A program made the position numbers and the translations under genes. From an uncultured SAR86 cluster bacterium (GTDB taxonomy: Bacteria; Pseudomonadota; Gammaproteobacteria; Magnimaribacterales; TMED112): a stretch of DNA of 64,000 nucleotides. The notes under the pieces were generated by a model. The model had not been told where the DNA came from. It saw only the letters and a program-made list of their open reading frames with translations, and did not search any database. The DNA lies in NCBI GenBank assembly GCA_902579195.1, contig CACHFV010000001.1, positions 109,213 to 173,212 on the forward strand, written 5' to 3'. Below are positions 1-9,682 of this stretch, piece after piece; position 1 is the first letter of the stretch; every line of letters starts with the position of its first letter.

Positions 1-395
1 GCTTGTAGGTAGATTAGTAGATCAGGCTTAGGGAAGGTTTCATAAAATTTTGTTTTTATCTCTTTAAAAATATTTAATTCATCTGCGCTTAGGTTCAATT
101 CAGCAAATAAATCTTCCTTCTGAAAAATAAAATCTGAAACTATGGGTTTTTCTATTAAATCATCAGAAAAATACATATTTATTTGTTGCGATCTTTGCAT
201 GACGAAATGCATTTGAGTGGCAAAAGCGTATTTTTGAGTATTTTCATAAAAAGAGTTTAAAAATGGGTTTTCATCAGGTTTTTCAAGGCACAATTCATGC
301 CCAAATTCCTGAGATATTTGTTTTGCAAGCGAGGTTTTACCTACACCAATTGGGCCCTCAATAGCTATGTACTTTGGAATCCTATTTTTTTCCAT
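1..395 (-). CDS. Deoxynucleoside kinase family protein (C-terminus lies beyond the window edge)
   Basis: Absent from the ORF track because it leaves the window. My reverse-strand translation from ATG 395..393 reads MEKNRIPKYIAIEGPIGVGKTSLAKQISQEFGHELCLEKPDENPFLNSFYENTQKYAFATQMHF...PDLLIYLQ. It has the P-loop GPIGVGKT and the dNK-like layout. It overlaps the pcnB stop by 14 nt. Confidence 0.6.
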   Translation of the reverse strand, partial: MEKNRIPKYIAIEGPIGVGKTSLAKQISQEFGHELCLEKPDENPFLNSFYENTQKYAFATQMHFVMQRSQQINMYFSDDLIEKPIVSDFIFQKEDLFAELNLSADELNIFKEIKTKFYETFPKPDLLIYLQ

Positions 396-1602
396 ATTTC
401 TTAAAAGAATTTATTAACCTAACTTTTTTATCATAGTTCGCAGCCTTAAATTCTGTCCACCATTTTATTTTTTGACTAAGTGAAGGTTCTAAAGTTTCTC
501 TTAAGAGATAAAAATCATATGCAGCCCTAAAACGAATATTTTGTGTGAAGCTAATTGATTTTTTTCCAACCCGATCAAATCTTATTTGGTGCATCCAAGT
601 ATCTTTAATAAAACTTGTGAATCTTCTCGGTATTGAAGTGATGATTTGTTGTTTTCTGATAGACGAAGCAATTATTTGGTAGAACTTCTTGTAATTTATT
701 TTTTGGCCAATATTTGATTTCATGAAAATTGCTGGCCATAGCAAAGTAGCGTACAGGAAGCCAACATTTAATTTTTTTCCAATTTTTACTCTTTCATCAG
801 TCTGGGCAAACGCCTTCTTATAAAAGTCATCAAAATTATCTGCGCTATTCTTCACGTGAGGAAAAATTAAATCAAAAATGCCATGCTTTTGAAGCAATAT
901 GTAAGAATTTAGTGCATGGCCAGACATAAAAAGTTTTATTATCTCTTCATAAAGTCTTGCCTGCGGCACTTGAAGCAGCTGATGTTTGTGATTCTCAATG
1001 GCTTTAGCAATAGCTTTGTCGATTGTGAAGTTTAATTTTGCTGCGAATCTGATGGCTCGTAAAATCCTTACAGGATCTTCAATAATGCGCTTTTCTGCAT
1101 CACCTATGAATCTTATTCGTCTTTCTTTGAGGTCCTTTACTCCATCTGTGTAGTCAATGATCTCTTTAGTTATTGGATTGTAGTAAATTGAATTGATGGT
1201 TAAATCTCTGCGATAGGCATCTTCTTCCTGTGTGCCATAAATGTTATCGCTAATGATCCTGCCTTGATCATTTACTTCAATTGATTCTGAATCAGTATTG
1301 ATGCCAGATCTAAATGTTGTTGTTTCAACTATTTCATTAGGAAATGCAATGTGAACAAGTTTGAAACGACGTCCAATAATTCTTGAGTTTTTAAATAATC
1401 CTCTAATCTTCTCAGGTTCGCAGTTAGTGACAATATCAAAATCTTTTGGCCCTAATCCTTTTATTAAATCTCTAATTCCTCCACCAACAATGAATGCATC
1501 AAAACCATTTTTATGTAGTCTTGAAATTATTGATAAGGCATTCTTTGAGATATCTGCTTGATTGATGCCAAATCTTTTGTCGTTATATATGCTGGGATTC
1601 AC
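382..1602 (-). CDS. pcnB: Poly(A) polymerase I
   Basis: Nucleotidyltransferase head FIVGGGIRDLIKGLGPKDFDIVT, then RDLTINSIYY, and the PcnB-type tail RFRAAYDFYLLRE. Confidence 0.85.
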   Translation of the reverse strand: MNPSIYNDKRFGINQADISKNALSIISRLHKNGFDAFIVGGGIRDLIKGLGPKDFDIVTNCEPEKIRGLFKNSRIIGRRFKLVHIAFPNEIVETTTFRSGINTDSESIEVNDQGRIISDNIYGTQEEDAYRRDLTINSIYYNPITKEIIDYTDGVKDLKERRIRFIGDAEKRIIEDPVRILRAIRFAAKLNFTIDKAIAKAIENHKHQLLQVPQARLYEEIIKLFMSGHALNSYILLQKHGIFDLIFPHVKNSADNFDDFYKKAFAQTDERVKIGKKLNVGFLYATLLWPAIFMKSNIGQKINYKKFYQIIASSIRKQQIITSIPRRFTSFIKDTWMHQIRFDRVGKKSISFTQNIRFRAAYDFYLLRETLEPSLSQKIKWWTEFKAANYDKKVRLINSFKKYGKK

Positions 1603-2582
1603 GTATCCTTAAAATTTTGAAGGAGGTCTTTGTATCCTTTTATAGTGAGGCGTGGACTTTTCTCTTGAACTATTCTTGACGATGCAAAATTGCCAAATCT
1701 ACAAGCCTCAGCAAAATTTTCACCCTCTATAACCTTGTGCAATGCTGCGCCGGCAAAAATATCGCCAGCACCATTTGAATCAATTGCATCCACTTTAAAT
1801 GCATCGATTTTTGATATATCTGTGCCATCAAAGACAATGGAATTTTCTGCGCCATTAGTTACTGCAAAATTTACAGCGATTTGTTTTAGCTCGTCAGCAA
1901 AATCTTCCTCAACAAGAGCTATGGCCTCTTCTCTATTACAGAAAAGATAATCTATCTTTCTTGTAGCAATAACTTTTTCAAACCTATCTCTAAAACCTTG
2001 AACCACACCTGGATCAGATAAACTCAGAGCAAATTTTACTTCCTTATTCATCTCACTTAGAACTCTGAAGAAAGCTTCAAAGTTTTCGTCAGAGGTAAAT
2101 TGATAACCTTCAGAAAACAGAATTTTTGAATTGTTGGCATGAGTAACAAAACTTTCATCAAAAACTAACCTTTCAGATGCGCCTAAGTATGTCCCCATTG
2201 TTCTTTCACTGGCAGGCGTGATAAATACAAGGCATCTACCTGTCCTGACATCTTGATGATAAAAATTATTCAAACTGTAAATGCCATTGTCTTTTAAATT
2301 TTGCTCATAGAGCTTCCCTCTATCATCATCAGAAAGTTGGCAGATATGCCCACAAATTGTTCCAAAATTTGAAGTTGCCACAAGACTATTGGTGGTAGAG
2401 CCTCCACACATGACATCAGGAGTTTCCCCACTTGGCAGTTTTGCTAGTATGGCTTCCTGTTTTTCATATGAGATGGATTTAAATTGATTAAAAAATAAGT
2501 CTGTGCCTTCGAGAAACTCTTTTTCTACATAAAATGTTTCGTCCACCAGAGCGTTACCCAAGCCTAATACATCAAACTGCAT
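1599..2582 (-). CDS. PfkB/ribokinase-family kinase, adenosine-kinase-like
   Basis: LGLGNALVD at the N-terminus and the C-terminal PfkB signature DSNGAGDIFAGAALH. Substrate is not determinable from sequence. Confidence 0.7.
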   Translation of the reverse strand: MQFDVLGLGNALVDETFYVEKEFLEGTDLFFNQFKSISYEKQEAILAKLPSGETPDVMCGGSTTNSLVATSNFGTICGHICQLSDDDRGKLYEQNLKDNGIYSLNNFYHQDVRTGRCLVFITPASERTMGTYLGASERLVFDESFVTHANNSKILFSEGYQFTSDENFEAFFRVLSEMNKEVKFALSLSDPGVVQGFRDRFEKVIATRKIDYLFCNREEAIALVEEDFADELKQIAVNFAVTNGAENSIVFDGTDISKIDAFKVDAIDSNGAGDIFAGAALHKVIEGENFAEACRFGNFASSRIVQEKSPRLTIKGYKDLLQNFKDT

Positions 2583-3867
2583 CCTTTATATCCTTTAAAA
2601 CCTCAATTGCAGTTTTTGCAGCCTTTCTTATTTTATTTTCGTCATGCTGGCTTGAAATAAAACAACTTTCATATGCTGAAGGAGGAAGATAAATATTTCT
2701 TTCAAGCATGCCCTTAAAAAATAAGCCAAACATTTCGATATTGCTATTGTTCACATCATCAAAATTTTTTGGAAGCGTCTCACTAAAAAAGAAACCAAAC
2801 ATTCCACCACGAGCAGAATATGAGAAAGGAATATTTTCTTTTTTACAATATTCACCAATCATGGTTAAGAATAGGTATGCATTAGCTTCAAGTTTCTCAT
2901 AGAGCGTTTTATCTTTTAATTGTTTTAGCAATGCAGTACCTGCACTAACTGCAATTGGGTTTCCTGAAAGTGTTCCAGCTTGATAAACAGGACCATCTGG
3001 AGAGATATTATCCATGATGGACGCTTTTCCTCCATACACTCCAACTGGCAAGCCACCACCAACAATCTTGCCTAAAGCTGTTAAATCAGCCTCAATGCCA
3101 GTTAGTTCTTGAACACCACCACGAGCAACCCTGAACCCTGTCATGACCTCATCAAAAATAAGTATTGAATTATTTTGGGATGTGATATCGCGAAGGTATT
3201 GTAGAAATTCTAGATCTGGTTCAATAAAGCCCATATTTCCTGCAATTGGTTCAACAATAATTGCAGCAATATCATCTCCATATTTCTCGAAAGCCTTCTT
3301 AACAGAATCAATATCATTGTAAGGAAGGGTGAGAGTTAGTTTGGATAGCTCTTCAGGAATACCTGGGGAGTCTGGAACACCCAACGTTGCCAGGCCTGAT
3401 CCGGCCTTAACGAGAAGCGAATCAACATGACCGTGATAACAGCCAATAAATTTAATTATTTTATTTTTGCCAGTGGTTCCTCTAGCGAGCCTTATGCAAC
3501 TCATGGTTGCTTCGGTACCAGAATTCACCATTCTAAGTTTTTCAATACTTGGTATATATGATTTTATAAGTTTTGCTATCTCAAGCTCATTTTTTGTTGG
3601 AGCGCCAAAACTTATTCCTTTGCCTGCCTGAGCTCTAATAGCTGAAATTACTTTTTCATTAGAGTGGCCTAAAACCATTGGCCCCCAAGACCCAACAAAA
3701 TCTAAATATTTATTGCCATCTTCATCGTATAGATAGCAACCTCGTGATTTTTTAAAAAAAATTGGTGATCCACCAACACTTTTAAATGCTCGCACTGGTG
3801 AATTGACGCCTCCAGCTATGTGGTGTTTTGATTTTTCAAATAATTGTTCTGAATTTTTTGTCTTCAT
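2572..3867 (-). CDS. hemL: Glutamate-1-semialdehyde 2,1-aminomutase
   Basis: Full-length class III aminotransferase with HemL motifs GGVNSPVRAFKSVGG, VNSGTEATM, FDEVMTGFR and YQAGTLSGNP. Confidence 0.95.
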   Translation of the reverse strand: MKTKNSEQLFEKSKHHIAGGVNSPVRAFKSVGGSPIFFKKSRGCYLYDEDGNKYLDFVGSWGPMVLGHSNEKVISAIRAQAGKGISFGAPTKNELEIAKLIKSYIPSIEKLRMVNSGTEATMSCIRLARGTTGKNKIIKFIGCYHGHVDSLLVKAGSGLATLGVPDSPGIPEELSKLTLTLPYNDIDSVKKAFEKYGDDIAAIIVEPIAGNMGFIEPDLEFLQYLRDITSQNNSILIFDEVMTGFRVARGGVQELTGIEADLTALGKIVGGGLPVGVYGGKASIMDNISPDGPVYQAGTLSGNPIAVSAGTALLKQLKDKTLYEKLEANAYLFLTMIGEYCKKENIPFSYSARGGMFGFFFSETLPKNFDDVNNSNIEMFGLFFKGMLERNIYLPPSAYESCFISSQHDENKIRKAAKTAIEVLKDIKDAV

Positions 3868-3998
3868 CTGATATTTTTGGCCTCTAGAATCATCATTTGG
3901 TCTGTCATTATAGTTTTATGAAAACCAGTCTTCCACTAATTGTTTGTAAATCTTAATTAATGATAGTTTTATATGAATAAATTAGCTAATAGCAACAT

Positions 3999-4556
3999 TT
4001 ATTCATCAGAGAAACTTGCTTTGAGCTTTTTTGTGAATTCTTTGACTCTTTGCCAATCTGTGAATTCAAATGTGCCATTTGTATCGGTTGGTCCTCCTGT
4101 AATCCACATAATAAATTTGATCATATGTTTGTCGATGAAATGGTACTTGGGATAATCAATTACCCCAGCAAACACATCGACTTCTTTTGGAGACCAGCCT
4201 GTTTTTTTTATAAATTTTTGTACGTAGGGATTAGTATTTGGCATGTTCTTTTCAGTTTTTCTAGCAACAGCATTCACACTAAAGAAAGCTGCGTTCTTAG
4301 TCACTAGAACATCTCTATTATCTTTAATGAATTTCATTAATTTAGGCTGATGATTCCCATATCTTATGCTTGCACCAATAACAATATGATGATGAAGATT
4401 TAAATCCTCTGCAGTAGTATCATCAACCTTTTTTAAATTGATATCACACTCATCCTCAAAGCCTGCTGCAATCGATTGAGTTATTTTGTGAGTATGGCCA
4501 TCAGTTGTGGAAAATATAAATAAGATTTTCTTCATTTCATTAGAATTATATGACAT
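3999..4556 (-). CDS. hemG: Flavodoxin-like protoporphyrinogen IX dehydrogenase (HemG type)
   Basis: About 180 aa with a flavodoxin-like N-terminus KKILFIFSTTDGHTHKI and the long-loop HemG layout. The true start may be M8 (4535). Confidence 0.75.
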   Translation of the reverse strand: MSYNSNEMKKILFIFSTTDGHTHKITQSIAAGFEDECDINLKKVDDTTAEDLNLHHHIVIGASIRYGNHQPKLMKFIKDNRDVLVTKNAAFFSVNAVARKTEKNMPNTNPYVQKFIKKTGWSPKEVDVFAGVIDYPKYHFIDKHMIKFIMWITGGPTDTNGTFEFTDWQRVKEFTKKLKASFSDE

Positions 4557-4598
4557 TCAGATATTTTGATAGAATTATTGATACATATATAAATAAAA

Positions 4599-4946
4599 AT
4601 GAGTTTTTCAGCACAAAAAGCCACACCATTTGAAGTTTCAAACGAAGCTTTAAATAAGATTGTTAATTTAAAAACCAGTGAGGGCGCTAAATTTTTTAGA
4701 GTCTATGTTACAGGTGGTGGTTGTTCAGGCTTTCAATATGGTTTTAAGTTTGATGAATACGATGAAGATGAAGATACAAAATTAGATTTTGATCAAAATG
4801 TCACTATTCTTCTGGATGAACTGTCCTACCCATACATTCTGGGTTCAAAAGTTGATTATGTTGAAAATCTTATGGGAGCTAAATTTGTAATTGATAATCC
4901 CAACGCTAAAACAACTTGCGGCTGTGGGGCATCCTTCTCTATCTGA
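4599..4946 (+). CDS. erpA: A-type Fe-S cluster insertion protein (ErpA/IscA family)
   Basis: 115 aa with GGGCSGFQY and the C-terminal CGCGASFSI cysteine ligand motif. Confidence 0.85.
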   Translation: MSFSAQKATPFEVSNEALNKIVNLKTSEGAKFFRVYVTGGGCSGFQYGFKFDEYDEDEDTKLDFDQNVTILLDELSYPYILGSKVDYVENLMGAKFVIDNPNAKTTCGCGASFSI

Positions 4947-5910
4947 AAATTACACCTTTGTTGGCATAGGCCAAATAAGCAAAAGCACAAGCCTCCATAT
5001 ATCTTGAGTCAACCACTGAATCTGTGCTTGTAATGTTTGCACCTGTTTTTGTTTTAATGGATTTCATTAAGAATGTATTTCGAGTACCACCACCATGAAA
5101 AATAAGCTCTTTGGGTTTGTTGCAAAAGCTATGAAAATTTGCAATCATTTCTGCGGTTATATCTGATAAAGTAAAAAGCACATCCTCCGCTTTGTATTCT
5201 TTATCAAGCTTGCTTTTAAGAATTGAAGTGTATGCAGAAATATCGTCAGCACGTGGGTAGCCATACTCTAAAAAAATCTCCATTAAGGAATCTTTCAGTT
5301 TAATAATAAGTTTGCCTTGAGAAGCTAGATTGCCATCTTTATCAAAGTCACCATGGCCATAAAAACTTGTTGCCATATCCATGAGGCAGTTGCCAGGACC
5401 AATATCTGTGGCACATTCAATATTACCATTAACCAACCAAGTACCATTTGATATACCACCAATATTTATAACAGCACTCTCTGCTCCATTTTGACCAAAG
5501 AGATACTTATGAAAGATTGGTATTAATGGAGCTCCCATCCCCCCATTAGCTATATCTTTGTTTCTAAAATCAGACGAAACCTTTATGTGTGTTTTATTTG
5601 CAATTTCTTGAGGATCACCAGCTTGAATGCTTTTAGTATTTGTATGAGATATTGTTTGTCCTGAAAAGGCAATGAGCTCAATTTCAGACTCATCAATATT
5701 GCCCCTAGATAAAACAGTGTTAACTAAATTAATTGTTTTTTGGGTAATTTCGGCATCAATTCTTGAGAGCTCTTCTTCATGTTTATAGGTCTGGCTAAAA
5801 GGGATCGTAATCGTTTGATGTATCTGCAGTTCAGGTTCAAATGAAACTAAACAACCATCGAGAGCATCACGGCTTGTGCCTGACATCACGCCCAGATAAA
5901 GTGTGCTCAT
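4939..5910 (-). CDS. anmK: Anhydro-N-acetylmuramic acid kinase
   Basis: N-terminal LGVMSGTSRDALDG and NIGGISN motifs. It sits in conserved synteny with erpA, the M23 peptidase and tyrS. It is about 40 aa shorter than enterobacterial AnmK. Confidence 0.85.
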   Translation of the reverse strand: MSTLYLGVMSGTSRDALDGCLVSFEPELQIHQTITIPFSQTYKHEEELSRIDAEITQKTINLVNTVLSRGNIDESEIELIAFSGQTISHTNTKSIQAGDPQEIANKTHIKVSSDFRNKDIANGGMGAPLIPIFHKYLFGQNGAESAVINIGGISNGTWLVNGNIECATDIGPGNCLMDMATSFYGHGDFDKDGNLASQGKLIIKLKDSLMEIFLEYGYPRADDISAYTSILKSKLDKEYKAEDVLFTLSDITAEMIANFHSFCNKPKELIFHGGGTRNTFLMKSIKTKTGANITSTDSVVDSRYMEACAFAYLAYANKGVIFR

Positions 5911-7142
5911 AAGCTAGAAATATTTTTGATAGTATTTGTTCTCTCCTCTACTAATTTATCAAAATATTTTTTGTTGTAGGAATTTATTGATTGAGCGTTT
6001 GGAGGCTCCACTTTCACTGGATTAGTATGTTTGCCATTGATATGAAATTCATAGTGGAGGTGTGGTCCTGTGGCTAGTCCAGTAGAGCCGACGTAACCAA
6101 TGGTTTGCCCCTGTTCAACTTTTGCACCTTTTCTAATGCCTTTTGCAAACCCATTTAAGTGAGCATACCTCGTCATATATTTGTTGTAATGCATAACATC
6201 AATATAGTTTCCATATGAATTTGAGAATTTTGCTTCTTTAATAACCCCATCTCCTGTTACTTTAACTGCAGTTCCAGTTCTGGCAGCATAATCGGTGCCT
6301 TTGTGTGCTTTGATTGTATTCAATATTGGATGTTTGCGATTTGGGTTGTAGTGTGAGCTTATTCGAGCAAATTCTATTGGGGTTCTAAGAAAAGCCTTCC
6401 TTACATTGCTGCTGTCTGTAGTGTAGTAATCTTTTCTTCCTCTTTGTGTGAAGCGAATAACAAATAGCTCTTCGCCTTTATTTGTAAATTCAGCAGCTAA
6501 AATATCGCCATGAGATACCAATCTACCATTTGAATAGATGTCCTCATATAAGATTTTAACTTCATCGCCATTTCTAATGTCGTAGGCATAATCAATATCC
6601 CATCCAAAAATGTAAATTAAGTCACCCAAGACAGAATTTGGTACTTGTGCTTTTTTTCCAGAGGCATAAAGCGATTCTGTGATATTAAATTCTCGGAATT
6701 GAACAATTCTTTCGAGGTTATCCCTTTTTTTATCAAAATCATACTCGCCATCAGTAATAGTCAGAACATCTATGTAAAAATCTTCATCAAATCTTTTTAC
6801 CAATAGATTGTTGTCGCTTTTTGAAATATACATTTCATCATTGATACGCAATTTGATGAATTCCTTAAGGTCTTTATCTTTCGCAATTGTGTTGATCAGG
6901 GTTGGAGACACTCCAAAACCAACCAGAGTAGAATAAAAGGTATCTCCTCTTTTGATAATCACTTTATTTTCTTCAGTGAGCAGAAGATCATCACCATTGT
7001 CCTTAATTTTTATTTCTGAAACAGTAATTTCCTGCTCACTCAGGAGGTTTCTATTTTCATAATCAGCTGCAATTAAAAATACAAATACACTCGGTACCAA
7101 TAAAATGGTTAGAATTAATCTTAAGTGAGAGCCTGTGTACAT
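5907..7142 (-). CDS. M23-family peptidoglycan DD-metalloendopeptidase
   Basis: N-terminal membrane anchor. M23 zinc motifs HKGTDYAA and GSTGLATGPHLHYEFHINGKHTNP. Confidence 0.85.
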   Translation of the reverse strand: MYTGSHLRLILTILLVPSVFVFLIAADYENRNLLSEQEITVSEIKIKDNGDDLLLTEENKVIIKRGDTFYSTLVGFGVSPTLINTIAKDKDLKEFIKLRINDEMYISKSDNNLLVKRFDEDFYIDVLTITDGEYDFDKKRDNLERIVQFREFNITESLYASGKKAQVPNSVLGDLIYIFGWDIDYAYDIRNGDEVKILYEDIYSNGRLVSHGDILAAEFTNKGEELFVIRFTQRGRKDYYTTDSSNVRKAFLRTPIEFARISSHYNPNRKHPILNTIKAHKGTDYAARTGTAVKVTGDGVIKEAKFSNSYGNYIDVMHYNKYMTRYAHLNGFAKGIRKGAKVEQGQTIGYVGSTGLATGPHLHYEFHINGKHTNPVKVEPPNAQSINSYNKKYFDKLVEERTNTIKNISSL

Positions 7143-7167
7143 GTTCTGATATTATATATAAAGCTTT

Positions 7168-8367
7168 ATGAGTGATTTAAAAAAACAATTAGAAATTATA
7201 AAACAAGGAATTGAGGAAATCATTGGTGAGGATGATTTAGTTCAAAAGCTTAAAGACAATAAAACACTAACAATTAAAGTTGGATTTGATCCAACTGCAC
7301 CAGATCTACACCTTGGACATACAGTTCTTTTAAGAAAGATGAGGCAGCTTCAAGACCTTGGGCATAAGGTCATATTTTTAATTGGTGATTTCACTGGAAA
7401 AATTGGTGATCCAACTGGAAAAAATAAGACAAGACCTCCTCTTACAGACAAAGAAATTGAAGAAAACGCAAAAACCTACCAAGATCAAGTTTTCAAAGTT
7501 CTTGATAAAGATAAGACAGTGGTTGATTTCAATTCAAGATGGGGTGATAAGATGTCTGGCGCAGATATGATTAAACTTGCAGCTCAATCAACAGTAGCGC
7601 GAATGATTGAAAGAGATGACTTTTCAAAAAGATTCAAAAATAATCAACCAATATCAATCCATGAGTTTTTATATCCTCTCATGCAAGGGTATGACTCAGT
7701 TGAGCTTGAAGCAGATATGGAGCTTGGTGGCACAGACCAAAAATTTAACTTATTGGTTGGAAGGGATTTGCAAAAGTCTGCTGGGAGCAAGCCACAAACA
7801 ATAATGACTCTTCCGCTGCTTGAAGGCTTAGATGGAGTAAAGAAGATGTCAAAAAGTGAAGATAACTACATCGGCATAAACGAAAGTGCAGATCAAATTT
7901 TTGGGAAAACTATGTCCATTCCTGATGACGTAATGTTCAAATGGTTCGATTTATTAAGTTTTCGTTCCCCAGAAGAAATTTCATCACTTAAAAAAGAGAT
8001 TGATCACGGTGCAAATCCTAGGGATGCAAAAATTATGCTTGCTCTTGAGTTAGCTGAACGTTTTACAAACAAAGATGAAGCAATGCAAGCACAAGAAAAC
8101 TTTTCAAAAAAATTTGCAAAGAATGAATTGCCCTCAAATATTGAAGAGAAAGCTCATAAGATTGACCATATGCCAGCGCTACCAAATTTACTGAAAGATC
8201 TCGGCATGGTAACAAGCACATCTGATGCTCTTCGCCTGATTCAACAAGGGGCAGTTAAAATTAATCAGGAAAAAGTTGAAGACAAAGATACTATTCTTGG
8301 CTTAAACGAAAAAACGCTTCTGCAAGTTGGGAAAAAGAAGTATCTTTATGTCACTCTTAGTAAATAA
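7168..8367 (+). CDS. tyrS: Tyrosine--tRNA ligase
   Basis: Class I signatures HLGH and KMSKS, plus a C-terminal S4-like domain. Confidence 0.95.
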   Translation: MSDLKKQLEIIKQGIEEIIGEDDLVQKLKDNKTLTIKVGFDPTAPDLHLGHTVLLRKMRQLQDLGHKVIFLIGDFTGKIGDPTGKNKTRPPLTDKEIEENAKTYQDQVFKVLDKDKTVVDFNSRWGDKMSGADMIKLAAQSTVARMIERDDFSKRFKNNQPISIHEFLYPLMQGYDSVELEADMELGGTDQKFNLLVGRDLQKSAGSKPQTIMTLPLLEGLDGVKKMSKSEDNYIGINESADQIFGKTMSIPDDVMFKWFDLLSFRSPEEISSLKKEIDHGANPRDAKIMLALELAERFTNKDEAMQAQENFSKKFAKNELPSNIEEKAHKIDHMPALPNLLKDLGMVTSTSDALRLIQQGAVKINQEKVEDKDTILGLNEKTLLQVGKKKYLYVTLSK

Positions 8368-8387
8368 GTCATAAACAAAGGGGAAAA

Positions 8388-9551
8388 ATGTCGAATGAAA
8401 ATAAATATGACCTAGTGATGTTTGGGGCCACAGGGTTTACAGGCAAATTGGTTTGCGAATACATAAATTCAAAATATTGTGATAGTTTGAACTGGGCTAT
8501 TGCTGGCCGCAATAAAGATAAACTTGAAAATGTATCAAATGAGTTGGGTTTGAGTGTTCCGACTATTGAGCTTGATTCCAATAATGAATCTCATATTGTG
8601 AATGTCTTAAAACAGACACGCTTAATCCTAACCACAGTAGGGCCCTACCAGCTTTATGGGAATGAAATAATAAAAAAATGTGCAGAACTTGGAGTTCATT
8701 ATGTTGATTTGTCTGGCGAGCCAGGATGGATGCACTTAATGAATGAGCATAAAGTGCAAGCTCAGCAAAGCGGAGCAAAAATAGTCCATAGTTGTGGGTT
8801 TGATTCTATTCCATCTGATCTAGGGGTGCTTTTTCTGCAAAATGAGGCAAAAAACAAACATGGCAGACCTTATGCAAATGTGAAGTGCCGAGTAAGATCA
8901 ATGAAAGGTGAGTTTTCTGGCGGAACTGCTGCATCATTAAGAGCAACACTTGGCTCACTCAAAACTAACCCAGAAATGTTTAATATTTTGGTAGATCCAT
9001 TTACTTTGTGTGAGGGTTTTAAAGGCCCAGACCAACCAGTTGATAACAAACCTTATTATGATGAGGTGCTTCAAGAATGGTCAGCACCATTTTTTATGGC
9101 GCCAATTAACACTAAAAATGTTCACCGATCAAATTACCAACTTAATTTTGCCTACGGTGAAGATTTTTTGTATGAGGAGATGTTTGCTTGCGGTGAAGGT
9201 GAAAAAGGAGAAGCAGCAGCTAAAGCGATAGCATCCTACAACCCAATGATGGGTGAGAATGTCCCTAAACCAGGAGAGGGTCCATCAAAAGAATCACGAG
9301 ATAATGGCAGTTATGACATGGCCTTTTATGGCGTAGTGGATGGAAAAGTTGAAATGACAGCATCTGTTATCGGGCAAGGGGACCCTGGTTATTCATCAAC
9401 CTCTAAGATGATTACAGAAAGTGCATTGTGCTTGCTCAACGATTGCGATGATTTGCCAGGCGGCATCTATTCCACAGCATCATCCATGGGAACAAAGCTG
9501 ATTAAGAGGTTAGAAAAAAATGAAGTTATGTCTTTCAAAGTAGAAAGTTAA
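8388..9551 (+). CDS. Saccharopine dehydrogenase-like NAD(P)-binding oxidoreductase
   Basis: Rossmann start YDLVMFGATGFTGKLV, then TVGPYQLYG and SCGFDSIPSDLG, as in the saccharopine dehydrogenase/trans-acting enoyl reductase family. Confidence 0.7.
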   Translation: MSNENKYDLVMFGATGFTGKLVCEYINSKYCDSLNWAIAGRNKDKLENVSNELGLSVPTIELDSNNESHIVNVLKQTRLILTTVGPYQLYGNEIIKKCAELGVHYVDLSGEPGWMHLMNEHKVQAQQSGAKIVHSCGFDSIPSDLGVLFLQNEAKNKHGRPYANVKCRVRSMKGEFSGGTAASLRATLGSLKTNPEMFNILVDPFTLCEGFKGPDQPVDNKPYYDEVLQEWSAPFFMAPINTKNVHRSNYQLNFAYGEDFLYEEMFACGEGEKGEAAAKAIASYNPMMGENVPKPGEGPSKESRDNGSYDMAFYGVVDGKVEMTASVIGQGDPGYSSTSKMITESALCLLNDCDDLPGGIYSTASSMGTKLIKRLEKNEVMSFKVES

Positions 9552-9562
9552 GTTTTACTCCT

Positions 9563-9631
9563 TGTCACAATTCTGAAATAAATGTCACAAAACTTTTCAT
9601 ACTGGCCACTTAAATTCAATTTGCTGTAACA
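9563..9631 (+). promoter_or_regulatory. Putative operator or promoter array of TGT(C/A)ACA heptamers upstream of the lipoprotein gene
   Basis: TGTCACAA occurs at 9563..9570 and again at 9583..9590, exactly 20 bp apart. TGTAACA occurs at 9625..9631. A related TTTCACA-N4-TGTAACA lies at 12743..12760 upstream of the next gene. This rests on motif reading alone. Confidence 0.3.
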
Positions 9632-9682
9632 AACAACAAATAATATTTCTTTAAGTTTTAATTTTTCTTCGAGGAAAGAAAT

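Noticed and set aside
1361-1950. Plus-strand ORFs 1361..1561 and 1690..1950, antisense to pcnB and the PfkB kinase gene
   Set aside because: They lie entirely inside well-supported minus-strand genes. Their translations are low-complexity (Ser/Pro/Ile-rich) with no motifs or SD. They are typical shadow ORFs of an AT-rich genome. The same reasoning applies to most 60-120-aa antisense or off-frame ORFs in the track, for example 2708..2902, 4050..4307, 7382..7804, 8369..8778, 34559..34921, 55931..56614 and 58085..59294.
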